This document shows positions 1 to 10,698 of a stretch of 64,000 nt of DNA, in pieces. The stretch is from Lepidodermella squamata. Taxonomy: Eukaryota; Animalia; Gastrotricha. Every line of letters starts with the position of its first letter. Position 1 is the first letter of the stretch. The notes below the pieces were generated by a model that worked only from the letters and a program-made list of their open reading frames with translations, was not told where the DNA came from and searched no databases. Both the position numbers and the translations under genes were made by a program. The stretch covers positions 2,046,001-2,110,000 of the forward strand of contig JBLDXI010000017.1 of the NCBI GenBank assembly GCA_047495785.1, read 5' to 3'.

Positions 1-258
1 AATCGATATCCAAAAATAACTGAATCAACTAGTTTGAAACCCAAGGATTGACATTTCAGAAAATTGTATCAGTGTCGACTAATTAAAATAGGCCCGATCA
101 GAGTGCTCTAGCCAAAGATGAAGGTCAAATGATTTTGATTTATTGAAATGGGTTTTGAAAATAATTGAATTATGAATTATTTCCAATAGCTCATAATATC
201 AAAGTCAACAGCGAGAATATGAGATAATGGCGTAAAAGCCTCAATCATCAAAAGCTCA

Positions 259-337
259 CTGGTGGCATAGTGGGTTCAGCTCGAACTATCGTGCCCAGTG
301 TCTTGGGTTCTGTGCCCTGCGGCCGCGATCCTTTTTT
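259..337 (+). repeat. possible degenerate tRNA-derived SINE head (Pol III A box, weak B box, T-run)
   Basis: TGGCATAGTGG at 263-273 fits the A-box consensus. GGTTCTGTGCC at 306-316 is a 2-mismatch B box. T7 at 331-337. No full cloverleaf. Confidence 0.25.
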
Positions 338-1998
338 GACCATAATAGCGCACATAAAAAATGGCTAAACAGCTTCTTGAATTATCAATTATGACAAATA
401 ATTTGTGAGCGGGTTTCGTAAATCGTTCATAATTCAAGTGAGCCTGCAAAAAATGGTCTACCGACCTTATCTTCCCGACGGTTGCGCAAACCGGCTACTT
501 TTGTTCACCGACTTTTTCACTCCGTCAATTCATTATCGAAAATTATTTATTCTTAAACATTTTCCAATCGACGCTTGCGCATTAACATTTCAATTAACAA
601 TATTTATTTCATTTGCGACATTTTTGAACCGACAAAATTTACCCGGCATTATCGCCCCCGTCAGTCTTTTATCGACAATAGATCCCCGAAGGTTGTCAAG
701 TAAATTTTCAACCAGCATTAGATTTCAACTTAAACCCCGTGGCAAATGAAAGCTAATGAGCTGAGTAAAGGGAGCATCAGACCGTTCGGTCATATTGCTT
801 TTACCCACTGCCTCTGCGACCGTTCGTGGCGCCTGCATGACTGTTACTGGCAGCAAGTAATGGATCAAAGTTCTCGTCATGGGTCATCAAATGACGATTG
901 GTCGAGTCAATTGGTCGCCTCAAATTCCAACATGTCGGCTGGAGTGTCGGAAAGCGTTGCAAAATTGAAAAGTTACCTCGGAAACCGTAGGTCTGAAATC
1001 ACGAAATTTAGACAGTTTGGTCACTTATAGATCAAATAATTTGGGCCCTGGGTCGCATTTTGGGTCCTAGGTATTCGACATGAAAGTTCTGCGATAGCGC
1101 TCATCCTTATACCAGTAAAAATCACCCCAAGAATTCATTTACCGACGCATCAACTTAGATACCAAAACTGATTGCATACTTTCGGTAGATGAATTCGGGT
1201 GATTTTTGAGCAAGAATTCAGATACATTTTGAAAATCCGTGAATTCGGATACTCCAAAGGCCCTAATTGAGGGAATTCACAAGCTAAAAGCCAACCCCAA
1301 TTAGGATGCTTTTTTCTGCTGTCGGCTGAATGTGGCCACAACGTGTTGCGAAGGTAGCTGAGGTTACTTCTTTGCATGTGGAGCAATTACCGACGATTTC
1401 GTCGGGCTAGTTCCCAAGACCCTGTTTGGCGCAACTGTTTGGCGATGAAAAATCATTTCGAATTGATAATTATTTTATCTAATGAACAACTGTCGGAGGG
1501 GAAATGTCGTATTGAATAAAATATGCAATTAAGAAATTGACGTTGAACAAAAGTCGGGGTGCAACTTTCAAATGAATAATAAGGATGAATATATTTTCCT
1601 TAATTTAAATATGTGCGGAAACGTCGAATGCGCAAAAGTAGCCGGTTTCAAAAAACGTCGGGAAGATATTGACGCTACACGCAAAAAATCTTTTGCATCA
1701 TTCATGTGGAAAACACGAATTTGTGAATCGCCCTCGAACTTGATTTCATTAAAATATCAGTAACTTTTTGAACAACAATCATGCGCATTATTTTGTTTAT
1801 ATTTTTTGGATTTCTGCTTCATCTCGAGAGATGCTTGAAATTGAAATTGAAGTTATAACGCCACAAGCACTTGAATTTAGAATCACCATTTCGAAGTAGG
1901 GGTTATTTCCAACCCAACATTTAACAGTATGTTTGACTTTTTCAATGATCTATTGCTTGTTCTTGGTTGTTAACAATCGAAATGTGTAAAAATTGAGT

Positions 1999-2402
1999 TT
2001 AAATGTTACAATAATGGCGACGATAATACAATAATCCCTTTGAAAGCCATTCATCGAATCGCGACATCGAATGTCTGTTCACGTTTCTTGGACATGCGAC
2101 ACAGCGGACCGCTTTTTGGTTTGCCAGGCACCTTATTGTCCAACTAGTTGTTTTTGTTGTACTTTTGGCCGAATGACTCATGGGTTCGGCGTTCAATTTC
2201 GGGTCGAACGATCATCTCCGCCATGGTCTTCATGAACAGCCGCCGCCGATAAGGCTGTGGATACTTGTTTGGAAATTCGGCACAATAGACAATACGCCCG
2301 ATTTGTAGTCATAAGTAAAAAATGATCTCCGGTTACGCCTATCGTCTTTAGCAACGGCGTCTTGCTAGGTTGTGATTTTTTTCGAGGAAAATAGGGGGTC
2401 AT
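1999..2402 (-). pseudogene. interrupted Cys-rich coding-like remnant, loosely like a piggyBac transposase C-terminal Cys-rich domain
   Basis: Two abutting short minus-strand ORFs: GDHFLLMTTNRAYCLLC and TIRCLANQKAVRCVAC. Broken by a stop; no catalytic core seen. Confidence 0.2.
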
Positions 2403-2624
2403 AACAGCTCAATTCGGCAAGCGACCGTACCAAGGTTCTCAGAATAGCTCGGAATAATGTTTATCGGATTGAGCTCGACAAATTAAGGGACCTAGGCTCT
2501 CGTGTGTTTTGTCTATGACGCAATGGCGGGTTTGTATAAATCTATAAAATAGCAGCGGCTGCCTGGTTTCTAGGAACGGCTGCTTGCTCTTCGCTGATTG
2601 CTTTCCAACGTGATTGCAAGAACT

Positions 2625-2872
2625 TAATAATAAGAACTAATCGTGTAGCTTTGACAAGCCTGGTAGGAACCTTGATAGGAACTTGGCGATGTTCCAAAGG
2701 AAGAGGGCGCCAAATTTTGAGATGGTTGAGACGATTGCTGTTGATGCTCGTGCTGGTCGATGAATCCCAACATGACCTGATGGATTGCGATTTTGGCCCT
2801 AGTTCGAAGGCCAACAGGCAGAGTTTTTAATTGAGCAGCAATTTCTTTCCCGAAATGAACTTCGGCTGTGTC
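2625..2872 (-). pseudogene. BESS-motif-like remnant (MADF/BESS type, possibly transposon-derived)
   Basis: A minus frame without ATG reads DTAEVHFGKEIAAQLKTLPVGLRTRAKIAIHQVMLGF, then a Q/S-rich tail. This resembles the BESS motif. No intact upstream MADF domain was found. Confidence 0.35.
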
Positions 2873-5433
2873 CTCGCTGTGACAAATTTTCTTAACTTGA
2901 CTGGCGAAAATTCAGTAGACTCAATTTTCTATCGTTTGCGGCCCTTGACGGCGTCATCTCAGCCATTTTCGCGCGCATTAGTCCACGCGCAAGCTCTAGA
3001 TTTCTATGCAGAGGAAATTGAGCACCTAATATAAGCCGCCTCAATTTTGCTAAGCCCACTGTTCCGGTGACTTGTGACTCGCCATCGTTTGTCAGCTTAT
3101 TCAGCGCCTTTCTGGCTAGTTCTTGATTAAAATGTATCTTTGCGAAAAATACATCATACGATTTCCACGATTTCCGCGGCGCTACTTCGATAGTTTGTTG
3201 ATAACATGGCCGGGTACATTTTCAAATACACATCCGTCTTTTACGGGATTTAACTGTTACAAATAAAATTGTGTGCATGCCACCGAACGGCCGCACAATC
3301 CGCGAATTTCTCGGAGGGTTAAGCTCGTGGCGTGGTGTGTTGCTTGTTTCACAAGCCTGTGTACACAGTATACGACGTGCCGTATATTCCGAAATATGTC
3401 GGCAATGTTCGTTATAAATCCAAAGAAAGAACAAAACGGGGTCGTATTCAGGACGTGCCCTTATTACGGACGGTTGTCGTTATTGTTTCGAATGAAAAAA
3501 TTGAAAGAAAAATCGAATTTAGGGCTTCGTAATATGTCACTCGTCAACTTAGATTTCATTTTCTATTTTCTCATTCTCGTCTTGATCTTCTTCGACGATG
3601 GAATAGATTTGTTCGCCGGGTTTGAAGATTTGATCAAGCAACTAGCCGGCGGCCTCGCAGGGCTTCCAGCGCGGAAACAAGGGATCGTGTCATCTTCCCA
3701 ACCATCCCGCTTGACGCTTGAAAGATTTGACGATCATCGGCGCTAAGGGATTCCCAAGTGATGATAATCCACTCGCACACCAAAAGGAGGGATGGTGCCT
3801 TCGGCGTTACATAATTATGTTGATTAGCAAAATTAAGCGATGCAACATTAAAAATCAAGAGCATGAGTTACAAGTTTGGTCATGAGCCATTATCAATTCA
3901 AATCGGCCCTCGGAGGAGTCGTATTCGGGGCGTGCTACCATTTCGGGTAAGGGAAGGGGTAAGGGCAATAACGAAACGGTAATTCTCGTTGGTTTTATTT
4001 TCGTTGTTCGCGCTGTGGAGCCTGCACATCAATTTTCTTTGTCTGAACTGTAGTGGGCATTTGGAAATTGGTAAACGTAATATAGCTTGTGAATTTATAG
4101 CTATCACGAAAATTGAAAAAAACCCAATTTTCGATTATTTATATCGATTGATTACGGATGTCTAGCGAATCGCTTTGTTCAATCAGAAAAATCAGTTAAG
4201 AAAATAAACGCAGAGTTTGGGTTTCGTGGAGTTTCGTGGCTTTTAAAACTACGTCGTGCAGAAAAGCGCGAGTCCGCATATACCGTATTCCGTGTTTGTT
4301 CCAATAGCAGCCCGGGCTATTAACTTTGCACCACCTGCACGTTCCTGTCATTCCCTAACACTTTTATTTTTGCATTTTCTCAGCTCTCCAGAGCAGCTGC
4401 TGATCACGACGAGCTCTTTCAAATGCAGCAGCGAAACGGAAGCGAAAAACAACAAAAACAAAAAACCAGTCCGAATGGAGCTACAGCGACGATTTGAGGT
4501 TGAAGGTTTGCATTTTCACTTGATTTGGGCTCAAATTGCTGTCTTCTTGTAACGCACTTGGTTGGTTGGGCGCTCACTTGACTCTATCGCCGTGTAACAA
4601 TTGAATATATTGGCTTAGAATATAATATGGCCTTGCTCGAAATTCGGTCTAACCGACCCTGCAAGGCAGCTACCATCTCCTTAACTGATGGACTCACCTG
4701 GTAAAAACCAGGCCCTCTCTTCCTCCCTTCTCCCCCGACGTCTCGGGTTCTTATCTTTGGTTTAGATAGCCTTGTTGCCGCTGATATGCGAGTTGCCCAG
4801 GGAAGATATATTCATCTTCGTAACGGCGGAATACGCCATGCAGCATACCTACTTCGCCCAACTCTGCCCTGTTGGATCAACTTTTGCATTACTAGTTCTC
4901 TAGTTCATACTAGTTCGATGGAGCAAATGTTTGCAGCGCGAAGCATTTCATCGCTCGAAAATTAAATCGCAACTTTCGGGGAAACGCCCAATTATCCTAG
5001 TTTTTGTTCACACTCTATTATGGTATATTCCCCTTCGGCTGCGGCAATCTGATTTCTTCATTTTCGAGATAGCCGCTTTTGCGATATAAACATATTTGTG
5101 TTTGATCATACTTCTGATTTTTCATTAATAATCAAGTCTATACAGCAATAAAGGTGTTGCGCAATCGCCGCGAACGATATGCCAAATGTTATAACCTCGT
5201 GTAAAAGCTGCGGTTATGCCATTGTAAGGAAATCTAAATAGAAATTTGCGCCCATTGTCAATGCGCCATCCTTTTTGGAATCGCTGATTGCGTAGGAAGT
5301 CGCTTAGTATAATAGCGCTCAAGATATCCATATTGATATGAATCTAAGGGGCTACATTTTTGACTGGTCGATAGTCGATAATAGATGTGTAATTTGTCCA
5401 ATAATTTACCCATAGACCATAGATAAACGTTTA

Positions 5434-8007
5434 ATGCTGCAAGGGTCCACCGACGACTGGATAATATGCCGCTTGTTTCTGTCGTCGACCTTCAAAGATT
5501 TTAACAGCGAACGCGAGCTATTGATTAAAAAGGTAGTTCCAGAACTATGTGAGTTTGCTAATCAATACGGCATCCACATTGTCGATGTCGATCTGAGGTG
5601 GGGTGTGCCAAAGGATTCATCATCCGTATATACTATCGAAGCATGCCTTGGAGAGCTCGACCGCTCTATTCAGGAAGCCCCTAACGGGCAACCGTTATTC
5701 CTATGTTTATTGGGCGAACGCTATGGCTGGGTGCCAAATCCCACGGAACTTCCCACTGATTTGCTTGAGCGCTATCAATGGCCGGTTGATGCCGATCCGT
5801 TGCCTTCTATTACCCATATGGAAGTTCTTTACGGCGCCCTTAACCGCGGAAATCGAAATGCGCTCTTCTGCTTTCGCTCTCCATCATTTCTATCTGCAGT
5901 CGATGAGAGGATTTCCCAGTCTTCATTTGTCGATGATCTATCCACCCAACGCGCCCTGCTGAAGAAGGAGATATTTGCAAGAGTTGTCGATCCCGACTCT
6001 CAAATACTGGACGATTACCCTGTTTCGATCGTAGGAGAGACTGAGAATCAGGTCGAGTTGGGTTTCAATGAAGAGTTCAGCGCATATATTGTCGATTTCT
6101 TTAAGCGAGCACTACAAAGACAATATCCTGAGCGTTTTGAACGGCGTTTCACGGCAGCGGACCATATCAGTCTTGAAAATCACCACCAGACACAATTCTT
6201 GCGTCGCCAGAATCAGCTGCTGTTCGCAATGGATAGTCTTTGCTCGTGGTTGACTGAAGAGATTTTCGGCAATAACTCGCCTGAATTAGACTTGAATGAA
6301 CTAACTGAGCTGCTAAACAAGACAACTATTTCAAAAGGAGATTTGGAAATAAATCTTGGGCACTGGTCTGGCGCTGAATCTTGGCCATCACGGTTGATTT
6401 GCCTGGCGTCAGCGCCTGGCTACGGCAAAACCTCCTTACTGTGCGCCTTGGCTGATCACTTAGCTCGCTTGAAGCCGGAAGCCAATTTATTTTACCACTT
6501 CTGCGGATCTGTAGTTTCCGACGATTCTACAAGCTACGCCTTATTTCTTCGCCGGCTGAACGTCTTTTTCGCTGACAGTTTATCGCGAATTAATACGGAA
6601 TCTGAGAAAGCAGAAGCCGGTGGAAACCAGAGCTGTGCCGACGTCGTCGAACTCTCGGTTGAAATGGCTCGATTGAAGAGCTGGTTGAAACAGGTGGAAT
6701 GTGTAGAAAATCATCAATTTGTCATTCTAATCGACGCTTTGGAGCATTTTCGAGAGCTGAGGGATTCATCTCAATGCACCTGGGTCAACTTTCTGCCTGT
6801 CCGCTTCCCTAAAAACTGTCGAGTGCTTTTCACACGAACTCTTACAGAACCAGCTGAAATTTCAGCTTTAGACTATTCCCTTGCTTGGCTAGATCAATTC
6901 TGCTTGCTCGCCCAGGTCCATTTAATTAGAATGCCTGGCACTTCTGCTGAATTACGTAGCGCAATAGCGGAAAAATATTTTTCTACTTATAACAAAAAAT
7001 TGGACCCAGAACAGATGAGCAAGTTGACTTCAAAACAGGGTGCTCAAGTTGCTTTGTGGCTGCGTCTTGCTTGCGAAGAACTGCGCGTTTTCGGCGATTT
7101 TAGCAGAGTAACGCAGCTTATTGTTGATTTAGAAGAAACTCTATCAGGTTTAATCAGCCAAATACTGCTGCGACTTATTTCCGAGTCACCTCAATTGCCG
7201 ATGAAACGCTTTTTAATGTTCATGGCCGTTTCGCCGAGAGCTTTGCCGGAATCAGAATTGCCTTCGCTTTTAGCCGACGAAATTACGGGTGATCCTCTGG
7301 CGTCGTTGGATTTAGCTAAGCTGTATCGCATGTTGAAACCCTATTTGATTTTATCGAAGAATAAAGCTTGCCCCACAGTAGCTCCGTTCCACAACGCATT
7401 TGTGAAAGCGTCTGCTAAATTAGGCAATGTTTTCGAAACTAAAGCAGAGTTGGCTCGCTTCATTTTGAACAAAGCTGACCAGAACTTGAAGGAAGATTGG
7501 ATTGTAACTATCATGGATCTGCTTTGGGAAAGCAATCATCGGGAAGAATTGTTGGATAATTTGCAAAATAATGACTTGTTCCGTCTTCCCAATAAGAAGT
7601 TCCATCGACAACTCTATCTAGATAGATATCGTTGTAAAATGATGGTTATGACAGCTACTTTAGGCATTAAGCTGGAAGCTTGTATGGGCTGTGCTAATAA
7701 ATTCGACCACGCGCGGCGCGTACCACTCGCTAATTGTTGCCTGCTTTGCAAAGACGTGCTGCCTATGCAATTCGCCGGCTTTCAACCTTTGAAGCCTGCT
7801 ATTCTGTGCATGCATCACCCTCAGATGATGTTTAAACAAGGCTTTTGTTGGTTTTGTAAATCGTGGTGGGGCCCATTCTACAACATGTGGAAGCCTCTTT
7901 ATTTGTGCCAAACTTGTGATTTCGGAACAAGCTCTTTTGTTCCACGGTGCTGCTTTGCTTCCACTGAGATTTCTATCAGAAATGTCGCGCTTAAAACCGA
8001 GAAATGA
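5434..8007 (+). CDS. DUF4062 + NACHT/STAND P-loop ATPase (TEP1/NPHP3/NWD-like N-terminus) with C-terminal PHF5/Rds3-like Zn domain; 857 aa, intronless
   Basis: RLFLSSTFKDFNSERELL...VDVDLRWGV...LGERYGWVP is DUF4062. Walker A APGYGKTS, Walker B VILIDALE. LWLRLACEELRVFGDF is the TEP1-like helical region. C-terminal C..CMGC..CLLC..CMHH..CWFC..CQTC..C at 7630-7956. AATAAA at 8085-8090. Confidence 0.9.
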   Translation: MLQGSTDDWIICRLFLSSTFKDFNSERELLIKKVVPELCEFANQYGIHIVDVDLRWGVPKDSSSVYTIEACLGELDRSIQEAPNGQPLFLCLLGERYGWVPNPTELPTDLLERYQWPVDADPLPSITHMEVLYGALNRGNRNALFCFRSPSFLSAVDERISQSSFVDDLSTQRALLKKEIFARVVDPDSQILDDYPVSIVGETENQVELGFNEEFSAYIVDFFKRALQRQYPERFERRFTAADHISLENHHQTQFLRRQNQLLFAMDSLCSWLTEEIFGNNSPELDLNELTELLNKTTISKGDLEINLGHWSGAESWPSRLICLASAPGYGKTSLLCALADHLARLKPEANLFYHFCGSVVSDDSTSYALFLRRLNVFFADSLSRINTESEKAEAGGNQSCADVVELSVEMARLKSWLKQVECVENHQFVILIDALEHFRELRDSSQCTWVNFLPVRFPKNCRVLFTRTLTEPAEISALDYSLAWLDQFCLLAQVHLIRMPGTSAELRSAIAEKYFSTYNKKLDPEQMSKLTSKQGAQVALWLRLACEELRVFGDFSRVTQLIVDLEETLSGLISQILLRLISESPQLPMKRFLMFMAVSPRALPESELPSLLADEITGDPLASLDLAKLYRMLKPYLILSKNKACPTVAPFHNAFVKASAKLGNVFETKAELARFILNKADQNLKEDWIVTIMDLLWESNHREELLDNLQNNDLFRLPNKKFHRQLYLDRYRCKMMVMTATLGIKLEACMGCANKFDHARRVPLANCCLLCKDVLPMQFAGFQPLKPAILCMHHPQMMFKQGFCWFCKSWWGPFYNMWKPLYLCQTCDFGTSSFVPRCCFASTEISIRNVALKTEK

Positions 8008-8128
8008 GATGGTTCTATAATTATTCCCGCTTTCTAATCAGCTTTAAATTTTGCAATCGATTTTATTATCCGTGCTTTCGCTCAAATAAATTATCCTATA
8101 TTTAATTAATTTTAGTTTTTTTAAAACA

Positions 8129-10504
8129 ATGGCTAACGCCTATTTTCGACTTCGAGCTGTTCTTACCGGCCACGAAAAAGACGTTCGATGTCTGTCGTCT
8201 GGTAGTGGACTCGCCGATGATCTCTCAACTTGTCTCATCTCCGGCTCTCGTGATCTAACGATTCGATTGTGGAAACCGAACGATTTCGACGTTTCTTTCA
8301 TGGAAAATTTCTGTGCCGGTGGTCATTCAAGCTACGTTGCCTGCGTTTGCGTCGTGCCGTGCGGCACTCAGTCTTACGAAGCCGGTGCCATAGTTAGCGG
8401 GGCAGGCGATGGGACAATTCTTGTCCACAATTTCAGCTCACCCGAGCCTGTTGTTCGCATCAATAATGCGCATGAAAATACGGTATCGGCCTTATATACA
8501 GGAGCCTCAGGTTTCATGGTCTCCGGGTCGTGGGATCAAACCGCCAAGGTCTGGATGAATTTCAAACCGATTATGACGCTGAAAGGCCACGAAGCTGCTG
8601 TCTGGGCTGTTCTCGGCATCCAGCAAAGCGGCCAAATAATCACAGGATCAGCCGATAAAACCATTCGAATTTGGTCTGCGGGTCAGTGCCAAAAAGTGTT
8701 GAAAGGTCACACGGACTGCGTAAGGGGTCTGGCCTTACTACCCCCTACCCCTGACCACCCTGAGCAGACCCTGCTGTCTTGCTCAAACGACGCGACAATT
8801 CGTCGTTGGAACTTGGTTACTGGTGAGTGTATCGCGACATACCAGGGTCATACGAATTTTATTTATTCAATCGCGAGCGGCATTGATTCAATCAGCGGCC
8901 AGCCGTTTTTCATCAGCGCCGGTGAAGATAGGACTGTTCGAATCTGGAACCCGGCTGACAGCTCGGCGCCGGTTCAAACGATCCCGCACGCCGCTACATC
9001 AGTCTGGAGTGTTTGCATCCTCCCTAATGGTGATATCGCCAGCGGGTCAAGCGACGGGCAAATCACGGTGTTCACCGTCGCGCCCGAACGCGTTGCCTCT
9101 GCTGAAGTTGTTGCTGAATTCGAAAAGGCGGTTTCGAAAACTGCTATGCCCGCGCAAACGTTTGGTGGCATCAAATTCGCCGACTTGCCTGGTCCGGATG
9201 TTTTAATGTACCCAGGCAAGCGTGACGGTCAAACCGTTATGGTCCGTTTTGGTGAAACAGAAAAAGACGGCCATGTCGAGTGTCACATGTGGTCGGGTGC
9301 TGAAGAGCGGTGGAATTTAGTTGGAACCGTGGTTGGTGCGAACGAAACTGGCGGCTCTGGAGGCTCCGGTGGGAAAGTTTCGTACCTTGGTAAAGACTAC
9401 GATTACGTTTTCGATGTTGATATTGACGGCCAGACGTTGAAATTGCCGTACAACGCACACGAAAATCCGTGGGTTGCTGCGAATAATTTCATCGAGAAAA
9501 ACGAGTTGAATCAAGCTTTTCTGGAGGAAGTGGCTAATTTCATCACTAAAAACACGCAATCCATCACAATTGGCGCGCCTGAGTGGAGTGGAAACGTCGA
9601 CCCGTTTACAGGGGGTAGCAGCTACCATACGGGCGGCGGCAATCAACAGCCGCAAAATGGCCATAAAAACGGCCATCACCCACCTGAAGTCGAATATTAC
9701 CCTGAGAAGAAATATTTATACTTCGAAACTGCTCCAAATTTAGCTGGTCTTAGGGCTAAATTGTTGGAATTTGACGCTGCCCATGCGCCGCATTCAGTCG
9801 GAGGTGACGTTCTGAACGGTTTAGTCGACGCAGTTGCTGGTCTCAGCGAAACGTTCGATGGAATGCTGAAAGAAGAAAATGTGCAATTACTCAGTGAGCT
9901 GATTTCTTGGCCCGATAGCCATCTCGTGCCTGTTTTGGACTTGACTCGAGTTGTTGCTAAAAATGAAGACATCATTGGGCTCTTGTTCAAGAACCCGCGC
10001 TTCCTCCCTGCATTGCTCAAGCAACTGATGCCGGAAAAGCCGACTTCGAACCAATTTTTGACCCTTCGTATCCTATGCAATGTTTTCGCGTCGGCCCCAG
10101 GTCGTATGATAATGCTGGCAAATGCGCCTAAAATCATCGGTGGTCTCGAAGGTCTCATTGATTCGAATAATAAGAGCGTTCAAATCGCCCTTTCGACTAT
10201 TCTACTAAATTACGCTGTGATTGGCTTTAACGAAAAACTCGCTGAGATAAAATTACTGCAAAGCGTTGTGAATACAATTCGATTTACGCTGGAACGTGGC
10301 GCCAAGGTGGTTGATATCGAGGCAATTTTCCGCCTAGTTGTCGCTCTCGGTACGCTTGTCAGCATCGGCCAAGCCGCTGTGACGGAAGCTGTTAAACAGA
10401 ACTGTTCCAATTTAGTGAAAACCGTTGGAAAAGACGTGCCTTCGGAAGAAAAGCGAATTCGTGATAGCTGCAAATCGCTTTCATTGCTTCTTTCAGCCTC
10501 TTGA
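8129..10504 (+). CDS. PLAA: phospholipase A2-activating protein (Doa1/Ufd3 ortholog): WD40-PFU-PUL; 791 aa, intronless
   Basis: N-terminal WD40 repeats (GHEKDVR, SGSWDQTAKVW, GHTDCVRGL, SCSNDATIRRW). PFU domain GKDYDYVFDVDIDG..LKLPYN..ENPWVAA..FI. C-terminal PUL/ARM region (PVLDLTR, LRILCNVF, FRLVVALGTL). Confidence 0.95.
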   Translation: MANAYFRLRAVLTGHEKDVRCLSSGSGLADDLSTCLISGSRDLTIRLWKPNDFDVSFMENFCAGGHSSYVACVCVVPCGTQSYEAGAIVSGAGDGTILVHNFSSPEPVVRINNAHENTVSALYTGASGFMVSGSWDQTAKVWMNFKPIMTLKGHEAAVWAVLGIQQSGQIITGSADKTIRIWSAGQCQKVLKGHTDCVRGLALLPPTPDHPEQTLLSCSNDATIRRWNLVTGECIATYQGHTNFIYSIASGIDSISGQPFFISAGEDRTVRIWNPADSSAPVQTIPHAATSVWSVCILPNGDIASGSSDGQITVFTVAPERVASAEVVAEFEKAVSKTAMPAQTFGGIKFADLPGPDVLMYPGKRDGQTVMVRFGETEKDGHVECHMWSGAEERWNLVGTVVGANETGGSGGSGGKVSYLGKDYDYVFDVDIDGQTLKLPYNAHENPWVAANNFIEKNELNQAFLEEVANFITKNTQSITIGAPEWSGNVDPFTGGSSYHTGGGNQQPQNGHKNGHHPPEVEYYPEKKYLYFETAPNLAGLRAKLLEFDAAHAPHSVGGDVLNGLVDAVAGLSETFDGMLKEENVQLLSELISWPDSHLVPVLDLTRVVAKNEDIIGLLFKNPRFLPALLKQLMPEKPTSNQFLTLRILCNVFASAPGRMIMLANAPKIIGGLEGLIDSNNKSVQIALSTILLNYAVIGFNEKLAEIKLLQSVVNTIRFTLERGAKVVDIEAIFRLVVALGTLVSIGQAAVTEAVKQNCSNLVKTVGKDVPSEEKRIRDSCKSLSLLLSAS

Positions 10505-10698
10505 ATTTCTGTGAAAAAATCTGCTTCGTGTCTTTTTCTTATTCAATAATCCGCGTTTGAACTATAATTTTGGAATGGAATTCGAAGACTTGTGTAACAA
10601 GTGCTATCTATCTATCTGTCTTGACTTTCAATAATTATTCGAGTAAAACTTGAAATACGAGCGTTATTCATGTTGTTTTGTTCTGTTTCAAGTTATAG

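Noticed and set aside
405-5331. Short ORFs in the first 5 kb, and the many antisense or alternate-frame ORFs over real genes
   Set aside because: No domains, often non-ATG starts; consistent with chance or shadow ORFs.
5434-8007. Calling the gene TEP1
   Set aside because: It has no TROVE/vWA or WD40 regions; only the DUF4062-NACHT module is shared.
5434-10504. One TEP1/NWD-like NACHT-WD40 gene formed by joining the NACHT ORF to the downstream WD40 ORF
   Set aside because: The WD40 ORF is a complete PLAA with PFU and PUL domains. The NACHT ORF has its own C-terminal domain, stop and AATAAA.
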